A stretch of DNA of 64,000 bases from Octopus sinensis. Taxonomy: Eukaryota. Below are positions 51,704 to 62,893 of the stretch, in pieces; the first letter of the stretch is position 1, and each line of letters opens with the position of its first letter. A program made the translations under genes and the position numbers. Where the stretch lies: the NCBI RefSeq assembly GCF_006345805.1, contig NC_043014.1, positions 1,798,001 through 1,862,000 of the forward strand, read 5' to 3'. Below the pieces are notes generated by a model, which saw only the letters and a program-made list of their open reading frames with translations, made no database searches and had not been told where the DNA came from.

Positions 51704-52823
51704 GCGCGCGTATATAAAGTATATATACAAATACGGTATATAAATACATATAATATATATATATATATACATGCGCGCGTATATAAAGTATAAATACAAA
51801 TACGGTATATAAATACATATAATATATATATATATATATATCTGTGTGTGTGTGTGTGTGTGTGTGTGCCCGCGAGCGTGCACAAACATCACACATACAT
51901 ACATGTATACACCATCTACACATAATCCTGACGGAACGAATTACTCTCCGTCGTCATTCTACAGCTAGAAATGGCAGCCAATTTCCTACAATCAAAACGA
52001 AGGTGAGACGGCGAATTCAATGGCCGTTGGCGACACAAAGTGAAACTGATGATGAGATAGAGGGAAACACTGAGGTCACCTTTGGTCCTTAAAATCCGCT
52101 GAATCAGGGTGGAATCAACAACCACGAGGGACGATGCGGTGTTGTGGTCTTCAATCATGTCCAAATGCCGTATGAATGACGTAATTGACCGTCAAAAACA
52201 AACGGAAAAACATCATGAATATATACACTGCGTGTGTGTTGCTTAGCCACGACATTGATTGAGGTGGTCTATCTCATCAGCGTTCTAACCGTGACCTTCA
52301 CGCATTTTGTAATGCTTCTGGTACTACAATATTTAAGATCGGATGTGATTTTAGGAAGAATTTTGTTGTTATTTCCAGCAAACAGAATGACCATGTGGAG
52401 GATCGTTCTGGAGTTGGCTTTTGTGTACCGAAAAGGGAACACACACACACACACACACACATCAGACATCCGTGTAGTAACATCTGGGCTGTTAGTCGAT
52501 TTGGTAGGTAACAAAGAGAAATATATATATATACACATATATATATATACATATATATATATACACATACACACAGCTGGAAGCTAAATGGAGACATAAT
52601 TAAGGTGCCCTTCATTATATATACACACACGTGGATTATATACTAATTAGTAAAATATCTTGGGCTTTTAGGTGGCCCCGTATTGATCATATATACGTGT
52701 GTATGTATGTATGTATATATATGTAAACACACACACATAAATGGTAGAATAAGACATATTGAGGCTGAAATATGGAATTATTTTTTAAAATGTAAGCGAA
52801 AATAAAGAATACGCACACCCTGT

Positions 52824-52893
52824 GGTTGGGTTAGGGTTAGGGTTTAGAGTTAGGATTAGGGTTTTTGGTTAGGGTTAGGATTAGGGTTAAGGT
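52824..52893 (+). repeat. Interstitial telomere-like (TTAGGG)n degenerate tract
   Basis: About ten perfect or variant TTAGGG units. The downstream flank (TTTTTGTT.CGCCAAAA..CGGGTGGTGTAC.T.TTCTTTACCTCCGC) is shared with about 41126-41195. Confidence 0.85.
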
Positions 52894-53184
52894 TTTTGTT
52901 TCGCCAAAATCGGGTGGTGTACCTTGTTCTTTACCTCCGCCAAAAATGTATATATAATGGTTATGAGGATGTTGAAAACGTTGTATGATATAAAAATTTG
53001 TGTGAGATCAGAGAAGGGAATACATCAGAGACATAAAATAAACACACATAAATACATACATCAAAAGAATACATTATACAAACACACACACACATATATA
53101 AAATTAATTAAGGGTAGAAATTGATATTAGTCAATTAAAACCAGTGGTCTAGCATATTGAAAAGAATCCGAAGATTAAAATATT

Positions 53185-53352
53185 TATATATACCAATTAA
53201 GGACTGAACACGAAAAGTGGACAGTCAACATGCTAGATATAGACGTCAAATCGCCATTCTCCACAAAGAACATACTCTTTGTGGAGAATGGCGATTTGAC
53301 GTCTATATCTAGCATGTTGACTGTCTAGTTTTCGTGATCAGCCCTTAATTGG

Positions 53353-53360
<8 letters not shown>
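53185..53360. repeat. Long hairpin: 50-bp perfect stem, 6-nt loop, extending to ~85 bp with few mismatches
   Basis: 53220-53269 is the exact reverse complement of 53276-53325; loop ACATAC. Confidence 0.95.
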
Positions 53361-53383
<23 letters not shown>

Positions 53384-53458
53384 GCGCGTTAATACGGCAG
53401 GGGGGGGGATATATACACACACACACACTTAACATACACGTGTACATGGTAGTCTTAC

Positions 53459-53738
53459 CTTTGTGTCTGCCTTCCTGAATGGCATAAGTTAATTCCTTAA
53501 ATTCAATGTCTACAGCTTTCCTTTGTGGGAGTTTAGCAAATCTGCTTTTATTCTGCTTCATCCGAATGGTTTTCTCCGAAACCGCCACATCAGATTGCTG
53601 TTGCGAGATCGGTTTCAGGGGCAGGGCCTCTCCGTATAAAGAAAGGTTCTGATGGGGCAATTTGTTCGACACAGTAGCAGCACTGTTGATCATCTGGTTT
53701 GGTGGAATATGGACATGGATTGATAGTAGCTCAGCCAT
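53459..53738 (-). CDS. ABCG1: First coding exon of an ABCG1/ABCG4-like ABC half-transporter (93 codons + 1 nt, phase-1 intron follows)
   Basis: ATG in AGAATGG context. ...SRFAKLPQRKAVDIEFKELTYAIQEGRHK(G) matches the pre-NBD motif I recall from vertebrate ABCG1 ([25 protein letters not shown]) and ABCG4 (RFSHLPKRSAVDIEFVELSYSVREG). The similarity ends at a canonical donor AAAG|GTAAGA. The symbol means ABCG1/4 co-ortholog; the paralog is not resolved. Confidence 0.85.
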
Positions 53739-54195
53739 TCTGCTGAGCTTACAAACACTTTGGTCTTATTAATTATAGTTTTGTTTTAATTCCTCGCCGC
53801 CTGATCTGATAATTAATTCGCCCTGATGTCAATTTCACTCACACACGCACTTTCTCTCTCTCTTGTAATATATGTAAATATACAGATCTATACCTTCACA
53901 AATATATATTATATATATATAAGTGTTAGTATATAATATGACTTACAAATATGTTGAGTTATTTAGAGAGAAACAAGAGAAAAAATACAATCAAACTACT
54001 CAGGTGAAGTGCTCGACATTGTGGAGAAATGCGTGTATTTGTAGTCTCGGGCGGATTTAGCGAGGTCTCGTAATGGAACAGTCCATTCTGGCTTTTCAAC
54101 AGGGGTGGCAACTAGGTCTTTTTTTAAATACATATGTAAGATTAAGGATTAAGCAATAAGCTGCTTATGGAGAAATGTTTTCTGATTATTTCTCT

Positions 54196-54244
<49 letters not shown>

Positions 54245-54753
54245 CTATTCAGCTAAAGTCGTGAGTGTTACTCGGAGTATCCGTGTATATATATATATAT
54301 TACATTTCTTCGAATAGACTATTCGTTAACACATTAAATAATTATATTTATTTCTCATTAGTATAATTATTCTTAAAACTTGGGTCCACTGGAGTGAGCG
54401 TATAAATGTATATATATGTGTACCAATCTATATATGCATGTATGTATGTATATATGTATTCGCATAATTATGTTTGTATGTGCGGCATATAAAAGTTATT
54501 AAAATGAAATTTAATTTTAGTACATTTTTACGACAAAAAAATTATTCTATAATTAAATTGAAAACACGGTTGTTGTCTTCAATTACGATTTTCCCCCTAA
54601 TTCAATAATCGATAAAAATTGTATGCTGACACCCCTTTTCGCTAATAAAAATGAAATGATTGTCATTATCAACCAATCAGAAAACATCTTAGGCAGAACG
54701 ATAGATATACCAGTGAAACTTACATCTGACACACATCTATCTATCTATCTTTC

Positions 54754-54820
<67 letters not shown>

Positions 54821-55230
54821 ATCTATGGATTAAATTTTAATTCAGAGTTAGTTGTTAAATAAAAAATCAGTTTAATCCACCTGTAATCCAGGTGATCTTA
54901 CAGGTATGTGTCTTAATGAGAGAGTCTTCCTCCTAGGGGCCGTGTTGATCCTATTTTAAACTCGGAAGATTATCCCTATTTAGAATTAACTTTTTTGTCC
55001 CCTTTTTTTTGTTTTGTTTTGTTTTTCTACATATCTCTACACAGTGAGGGACCTTCATCTAACCCACCCACCTGCCATCTCCCATCTCCCTTTCTTTTCA
55101 AATACCTTTAATAATCAGGAAATCAACAAGGATTTTTAAAATTGTTTCATGTTGCGATTAGGGATTAAAATATTTCAGTTTGGGGATAATATCTAAAAAG
55201 GTATTTCTCAATCCTTCCTGTCTATCCTTG

Positions 55231-55276
<46 letters not shown>

Positions 55277-55828
55277 ATACTTCACTATCTTTCCTCCTCA
55301 CATCACCTCCTCCCCCGCCATCACCAGCACTGCCACCCTCACCTCCCCACCAGCTCTCTAATCCACCAAACAACAAAATTACCAAAGAAGTAATCCAGGA
55401 AGGAAGACATTAATGTAATAATTCCTAATTACTTCCTCTATTATGATAATTAATCTAGGTTTGCCTTAATCTAATCTTAATTAATGTTTAATGTTTGCTC
55501 ACTGATATAAACCCAAAGGATGCTGGTTCAAATGGCAGCCTTTCTCTTAATCTAAGGAATTTGGCATGGCTCTGTAATTTGGTAGTTCACTTCACAAGCA
55601 ACCCTTTTTTAGTTGTGGGCAGGGTCCTATAAGAGGTAGGGTTTGGCCACTATGTTGGCCTGAGTCTTTGAGAGCTAACAAGAGGACCCATGAATTTCTG
55701 ATGATCCTCTCCTTCAAAAGAAGAAAGAAAAACATCCTCATTGTATGCTTGGATAAGAAGGGGACAGCCTTCCCCACATGCACATACCCTGGGGGTGGCT
55801 GAAAATAGTTTTGTTCCGTCTTCGAAAT

Positions 55829-56950
55829 TTTTCTTGAAGGATTTGGTTTTGGACTCACCTTGGGCAAGAATTTTTCATCATAGCCAAAAAAATTTTCTTG
55901 GAGGATTTGGTTGTGGACTCACCTTGGGCAAGAATTTTTCATCATAGCCAAAAAAATTTTCTTGGAGGATTTGGTTGTGGACTCACCTTGGGCAAGAATT
56001 TTTCATCATAGCCAAAAATTTTTTCTTGGAGGATTTGGTTGTGGACTCACCTTGGGCAAGAATTTTTCATCATAGCCAAAAATTTTTTCTTGGAGGATTT
56101 GGTTGTGGACTCACCTTGGGCAAGAATTTTTTATCATAGCCAAAAAAATTTTCTTGGAGGATTTGGTTGTGGACTCACCTTGGGCAAGAATTTTTCATCA
56201 TAGCCAAAAATTTTTTCTTGGAGGATTTGGTTGTGGACTCACCTTGGGCAAGAATTTTTCATCATAGCCAAAAATTTTTTCTTGGAGGATTGTGGTTGTG
56301 GACTCACCTTGGCAAGAATTTTTTATCATAGCCAAAAAATTTTCTTGGAGGATTTGGTGTGGACTCACCTTGGGCAAGAATTTTTCATCATAGCCAAAAA
56401 AATTTTCTTGGAGGATTTGGTTGTGGACTCACCTTGGGCAAGAATTTTTCATCATAGCCAAAAATTTTTTCTTGGAGGATTTGGTTGTGGACTCACCTTG
56501 GGCAAGAATTTTTTATCATAGCCAAAAAATTTTTCTTGGAGGATTTGTTGTGGACTCACCTTGGCAAGAATTTTTCATCATAGCCAAAAATTTTTTCTTG
56601 GAGGATTTGGTTGTGGACTCACCTTGGGCAAGAATTTTTTATCATAGCCAAAAAATTTTCTTGGAGGATTTGTTGTGGACTCACCTTGGGCAAGAATTTT
56701 TCATCATAGCCAAAAAATTTTCTTGGAGGATTTGGTTGTGGACTCACCTTGGGCAAGAATTTTTCATCATAGCCAAAAAAATTTTCTTGGAGGATTTGGT
56801 TGTAGACTCACCTTGGGCAAGAATTTTTCATCATAGCCCAAAAACTTTTCTTGGAGGATTTGGTTGTGGACTCACCTTGGGCAAGAATTTTTCATCATAG
56901 CCTAAAATTTTTCTTGGAGGATTTGGTTGTGGACTCACCTTGAACAAGAA
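55829..56950. repeat. 63-64-bp tandem satellite, 18 copies
   Basis: Unit GGACTCACCTTGGGCAAGAATTTTTCATCATAGCCAAAAAAATTTTCTTGGAGGATTTGGTTGT from 55851 to 56931. Variation is mostly in homopolymer length; there are no spacers. Confidence 0.95.
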
Positions 56951-57677
56951 TTTCCCTTCATAGCTTCAGGTAGATCACAATACCTAGGGAATTAAATTTG
57001 GCAAATAAAAAATGGTATCTGTAATGTTGTAAGGCGGCAGAAACGTTATTGTTACTCTGCTGATAAAAATACTTAACGATATTTCATTTCTTCACGTCCT
57101 GAGTTCAAATTCTGCCAAGATCAACTTTGTCATTCATCTTTTCAGGGTCAATGAATTAAGTACCAGTTGAATACTGGGGTTGATGAAATTGAATTACAGC
57201 TTCTCTCAAAATTGCTGGCCTTGTACCAAAATTTGAAACCATTATATATAACGTTCAGTTTGTTAAAGAGAATTTTCCTGCTCTTGGATGGTAAAATTGT
57301 CACCCAATTATTGGGTACCTTTCTCTGGGTACCTTTCTCTGGGTACCTTTCTCTGAGTGTTCTCTGACATAACACTTCAGAGTAGGTCCCTTGTCTATGA
57401 TCAACACCTTTTCTGTTGCCCCCCAATCTATGAGGCTCTGAAAAAGTGGGTTGGAAAGGCCTTTCCTCTCCTAACTTAGTCATGAAAAAAAAAAGAATTT
57501 GTTTCTCTACTATCTAAAATATTAGTTAATTTAGAAGCTTGCTTCCCAACCACATGGTTCCGAGTTCAGTCCCACAGTGTGGCACCTTGGACAAGCGTCT
57601 TCTGCTATAGCCTTGGGTCTTCCAAAGCCTTGTGAGTGGATTCGGTAGAGAGAAACTGAAAGAAGCATATCATTCAT

Positions 57678-57720
<43 letters not shown>

Positions 57721-58086
57721 TGTTTTTGTTCCCCATCACTGCTTTACAATTAGTGTCGATGTGTTTACGTCCCTGTAACTTAGCAGTTCGGCAAAAGAAA
57801 TCTACAGAATAAGCAGCACTCTTCAAAAATAATAAGTCCTGGGATCAATTCACCCAGGTAAAAATTATTCAAGGCAGTGCCCCAGCATGGCCACAGTCTA
57901 ATGACTGGAACAACAAAAAGATAAAAAATATGAACTTCCGGGTGTCTTACAAAAATTTCCCTTCTTACAAAATCAGAGTTAGGGGTCTGCTGTGATCTCT
58001 AAGGATCTGTTGTGATCCCTAAGACTCATAAGGCCACAGCTTAAACCAGTGATGAATTTGTGGTCTGGTCAAAAAGTATCAGGATT

Positions 58087-58100
58087 GTTGCTATGGTAAC
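58087..58100. promoter_or_regulatory. RFX X-box motif (candidate)
   Basis: GTTGCTATGGTAAC fits GTHNYYATRRNAAC. Confidence 0.35.
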
Positions 58101-58139
58101 AGAGCCAAAGTCTGCAGAGTGAGGCCACTTGGAACAGAT

Positions 58140-58181
58140 TGACTTTGACCTCTTTTGACCTCTTTTGACCTCTTTTGACCT
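58140..58181 (-). promoter_or_regulatory. Array of four perfect AGGTCA half-sites in DR4 spacing plus an abutting AAGTCA (candidate nuclear-receptor element)
   Basis: TGACCT at 58146, 58156, 58166 and 58176, separated by CTTT. The minus strand reads AGGTCA-AAAG-AGGTCA-AAAG-AGGTCA-AAAG-AGGTCA-AAGTCA. It lies 4.4 kb upstream of the ABCG ATG. Confidence 0.45.
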
Positions 58182-58419
58182 CTGCTGCACATGAGGCACA
58201 TGAGGCACAATAATTTATAACATTCTCACTTTCTACTGTTGTATTTTGCAGGGTTTGGAAGTAAAGCATGTGGAATGTCATCACCTCTGGGTTTCCACTA
58301 CGCTGGAATCTCCATGATTGTGTCAAGGAAGATGGAAACGCTTTTGAAAATGGTTGTAACAGGGGACAAAACGTGAGTCTATGTTTATGACCCTGAAATC
58401 AAGAATTAAAAGGAATCTC

Positions 58420-58575
58420 TCTTGAAAGGAACAAGATTTTAAGACATCGAGGAAATGCGAGTAAATTTGAGGCAGCTGTACGCTTTCCCCACAAAAAGAA
58501 GCATCCCAGGAATGCTTTCATCAATGGAACTGACCCTGGATAAAGTGCTGTGGTTTCGGAAGGGGACAATTCCAG
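58420..58575 (+). mobile_element. Degenerate mariner transposase C-terminal fragment
   Basis: LKGTRF*DIEE....RQLYA / QECFHQWN*PWIKCC resembles the mariner ending LKG.RF..IEEI.....QL..I....FQ.CF.QW..RW.KC. Confidence 0.5.
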
Positions 58576-59370
58576 AAAAGATTAAATGCTGAATTGTTTT
58601 GTGCTGGTGGCACATAAAAAGCACCATTTGGGTGTGACCGTTGCCAGTACCACCAAACTGGCCCTTGTGCCGCTGGCACGTAAAAACACCCACTACACTC
58701 TCAGAGTGGTTGGCATTAGGAAGGGCATCCAGCTGTAGAAACTCTGCCAGATCAGATTGGAGTCTGGTTCACCAGACCTCAGTCAAATCGTCCAACCCAT
58801 GCTAGCATGGAAAGCGGATGTTAAATGATGATGATATAGTTTTCTTTTTGTTACCATCAATTCTGATACTTTTTGATCAGACCTCACATGTGGTTACATC
58901 ACTCGGCACACCATCAACAGGAGGCTGCTCAGTCACAAGGTTAACTTCATGGCTATTCTTGGGGCTCATTCATAGCCAAGTGGATTGGTGCAGCATGAAA
59001 TGAAGTGTTTTGCTTAAAAACATAATGCACCACATGATCTGAGAATTGAAACCCCAATCTTAGGAGCATGAGTGCAATGCACCAACCACTGGGCCACACA
59101 GCTTTTCTTCTTACAAAGAGATACAAAAAAAATGCTCATATTCAGTATTCAGGTATATCTTACATGTGGCAGCATGTGACAGGGATATGTTTCCTTCAGT
59201 TTTGCATCTAGAGACACATGTGCAGGTGTGGCTGTGTCGTCGAGAGGTTTGCATGGTTCCAAGTTCAGTCCCACTGCATGGCACACCTTGGTCAAGGGTC
59301 TTCTACTATAGTTCCAAAGCAACCAAATCCTTGTGAGTGGATTTCATGGTAGATGGAAACTGAAAGGAGC

Positions 59371-59401
<31 letters not shown>

Positions 59402-59446
59402 TTACATACATGCATCTATATACATAAATACATACATGCATATATA

Positions 59447-59818
59447 TTGGGTCATCCCATAAATAATGCAGTTTTTTTTCAATTGCATGAACTAAAAGTC
59501 AGAGGGGGATGAGATAAACATCCTCCATCAATTTGCTATAAAAGCATAATTTTACCTTGTACTTATTCTTAGTGCAAGTTTTGAAGAGTGCAGTTCGATT
59601 TTAACAGTTATTTTTTCAAAGCTATATTGGAAATGACAAAGGAGCATATTCCACATATTTTGTTTTATGAGTTCAATAAAGGCAACAACGCAACGGAAAG
59701 TGCGAGGAATATTAATGTAGTATATGGGGATCGGACAATAAGCGTAAGCCAGTATCAATGGTGGTTCCAGAAATTCTGACTGGAAACTACAGCCTAGAAG
59801 ACAAGCCTTGTCCTGGAA
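59447..59818 (+). mobile_element. mariner element 5' end (TIR and N-terminal HTH of the transposase), truncated
   Basis: TA|TTGGGTCATCCCATAAATAATGC terminus. Translation MTKEHIPHILFYEFNKGNNATESARNINVVYGDRTISVSQYQWWFQKF*/GNYSLEDKPCPG is a typical mariner HTH region. Confidence 0.85.
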
Positions 59819-60659
59819 CATATAGTTATGAAATTTTACAAATACACTTTCTCAGGGAGACATGATATATCTATTATAATGGGTTACACTACATGTACTT
59901 TTCATATTTTTTAAAGTGTGATGTAACTCTTTGGAATAACAATGCATGCGGCTGAAGAGAGCTTTAAACCATCTTTTATATCTATTATACACTGATGTAA
60001 GAACAGGTCGTTGATAAAGCTTGAAACACGTGTACCACGACATCCTTTGTGTTGTGTTTTTGATTTTATTTGATATATATATATACATATATATATGTAT
60101 ATGTATGTATATATATATATATATATATGTGGCACGTAAAATGCACCATCCGATTGTGGCCGTTGCCAGCCTTGCCTGGCTTCTGTGCCAGCAGCACGTA
60201 AAAAGCACCATCTGATCGTGGCCATTTGCCAGCCCCGTCTGGCACCTGTGCCAGTGGCACGTAAAAAGCACCCACTACACTCACGGACTGGTTGGCATTA
60301 TGAAGGGCATCCAGCTGTAGAAACACTGCCAGATCAGACTGGGCCTGGCGCAGCCTTCTGGCTTCCCAACCCCAGTCGAACCATCCAACCCATGCCAGCA
60401 TGGAAAGCGGAAGTTAAACGATGATGATGATGATGATGATATGAGAGGCAAAAATAGTTAGTAATCAGTATCTAAAAGTTCCCAAGAAGAACCAATCCTA
60501 AACTGATATATTCATAGCTTCAAAACTTGTAAGAAATAGACAAGGTCTAAGGAGAGAGCCCTGGTGGACACTCACTGGACATTGCATTCCTCACACATTC
60601 CTAACCTTGGTGACAGCAGCTTTAGACACAGTTTTTAGAACTTTATGTATAAATTGTTA

Positions 60660-61450
60660 TGGCACTCCATCGGTTACGACGATGAGGGTTCCAGTTGATC
60701 TGATCAACAGAACAGTCTGCTCGTGAAATTAATGTGCAAGTGGCTGAGCACTCCACAGACACGCGTACCCTTAATGTAGTTCTTGGGGAGATTCAGTGTG
60801 ACACAGAGTGTGACAAGGCTGATCTTTCCTTTGAAAAAAAAAAGACCCCAAAAATTCTAGAGAAAGACTTCATTATACAAATGTTTGGAATTTTGAGAAG
60901 ATCCTACTCCCTGAAAAGAGAAGGTTAAAACAATGATGATAATTATGATAGCAACAATGATGATGACAATGATGGAAATAATGACGATGGTGATGACGAT
61001 GATGACGAAGACGAAGATGACGACAACAACGATGATGATGATGATGATGACAACAACGATGACGACGACAACGATGATGACGACGACAACGATGATAATG
61101 ACGACGATGACGACGATGATGATGATAATGATGATGATGACAACGAAGATGATAATGATGATGATGATGATGATAATGATGATGATGACAACGACGACGA
61201 TGATGATGATGACGATGATGATGGTGATGACAAGCCTGGCCCTTTGAAATACAGGTACAACAGAAGCAGAAAGAAAGAGTGAAAGAAACTTGTGATGAAA
61301 GAGTACAGCAGGGTTCGCCACCACACCCTGCCTCGAGGAACTTTAGGTGTTTTCGCTCAATAAACACTCACAATGCCTGGTCTGGGAATTGAAACCGCGA
61401 TACTACGACCGTGAGTTCGCTACCCTAACCACTGGGCCATTGTGCCTCCA
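60660..61450 (-). mobile_element. tRNA-derived SINE family D, interrupted by a 406-bp insertion
   Basis: Minus-strand head TGGAGGCACAATGGCCCAGTGGTTAGGG...GGTTTCAATTCCC. The body is continuous across TGACAAG(G/C)CTG, which appears at 60811-60821 and 61228-61238. Confidence 0.7.
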
Positions 61451-61943
61451 CAAGGTGTAAATACTAATTTATCCAAATGTCTTTAGCTCTGATCTGAATA
61501 CAATGCAAGAATCCTAGAATGGTTCTTGTGGACATCAACAAAACAAAAGGTAGAATTGTTTGCTCTTAATGAAGACTTTATCTTGTTTTCCATCTTGATT
61601 GAATTTTAAAAGTATATTTGTCCCAGGAGAAGGGGCAGGGCTCGTAACATTTATTCTGATTCTTCTGGTGAAATTGTTGTGGCTGATGTCATCCAGTCTG
61701 ACGTGAGTCTTAAATGGCAGATAAAAAAGAAGAAAAAGAATGAAGAAACGGGAGAAATTGTGGAAAAAAAGAAAAATGAAAAGAAAAAACTTGAGTTAAA
61801 AGGTCAGAGAATAGAACTCCATAATAAATTAATAATAACGAAAGTTCCTACAAGGCCATCATCATCATCATTGTCATCACCATCATCATCATCATCATCA
61901 TCATCGTCATCATCATTGTCATCATCATCGTCGTCGTCGTCAC

Positions 61944-61977
<34 letters not shown>

Positions 61978-62376
61978 GCTGTCGTCATCATCATCATCAT
62001 CATCGCCGTCGTCATCATCATCATCATCGTCGTCGTTGTCATCATCATCATCATCATCATCATCGTTGTCATCATCATCATTATCATCATCATCATTGTC
62101 GTTGTCATCATCATCATCTTCATCGTCATCGTCGTCATTGTCATCATCATCATCATCGTTGTCGTCTTCGTTGTCAATGTCATCGTCATCATCATTATTT
62201 CCATTATTGTCATCATCATCGTCATTGTCATCATCACTGTTGCTATCATAATTATCATTATTGTTTTAACCCTTTCTTTTCAGGGGCAGGATCTTCTCAA
62301 AATTCAAAACCTTTGTATAATGAAGTCTTTCTCTAGAATTTTGGATGTCTTTTTTTTTTCTTTGAGGGAAAGATCA
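60822..62376. repeat. Inverted duplication: 60822-61227 versus 61871-62376 (unique ~130 bp plus GAT/GAC microsatellite)
   Basis: Left arm ATCTTTCC..AAAAGAC.CCAAAA.TTCTAGAGAAAGACTTCATTATACAAA...GATAGCAACA.TGATGATGACAAT matches the reverse complement of 62200-62376, and the microsatellite parts also correspond. Confidence 0.9.
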
Positions 62377-62740
62377 TGCAGATATTGACAAACCTTTCGT
62401 TAGCTCTTCTGATTTGATTCCAGGACCAATGAGGCAACTGAACTCTTCTCTCACAGGTCCTTACGAAAAGTACTTTTAATACAATGGGGAACCCAAAACC
62501 CAAATCAAACACTGCACATGCGAAAAGTGCACAGACTTATGCATGACAGTGCAGCGAAGACACGCAACCAAAGTAAAACTGTTGACTGGAATAGAAAATA
62601 GAAAATATTGGCATTAAATAATGCAATTATGGCAGATTGAATGCTGCAGTTGCATCTAATATGCTTCCTGTTGGTATTTGATGCCCCAGGAGACATCCCC
62701 ACCCACAACCAGGCATGCTACCCCTTTGCCTTTACCTTCC

Positions 62741-62744
<4 letters not shown>

Positions 62745-62792
<48 letters not shown>

Positions 62793-62854
62793 TTTGCGTG
62801 GGTATATATGTATATATACATACATACACACATACATATATATGTATATATATA

Positions 62855-62893
<39 letters not shown>

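Noticed and set aside
52046-52080. CTGATGA...GAAAC hammerhead-like spacing
   Set aside because: The intervening sequence forms no stem II, and there is no stem I or III pairing.
55829-56950. CRISPR array
   Set aside because: Units are contiguous near-identical repeats with no unique spacers, the context is eukaryotic, and no cas genes are present.
57306-57347. 14-bp unit GGGTACCTTTCTCT x3
   Set aside because: An ordinary slippage duplication with no motif I can support.
60933-62258. Poly-Met/Ser/Asp/His ORFs
   Set aside because: They are translations of the GAT/GAC microsatellite arms of the inverted duplication.
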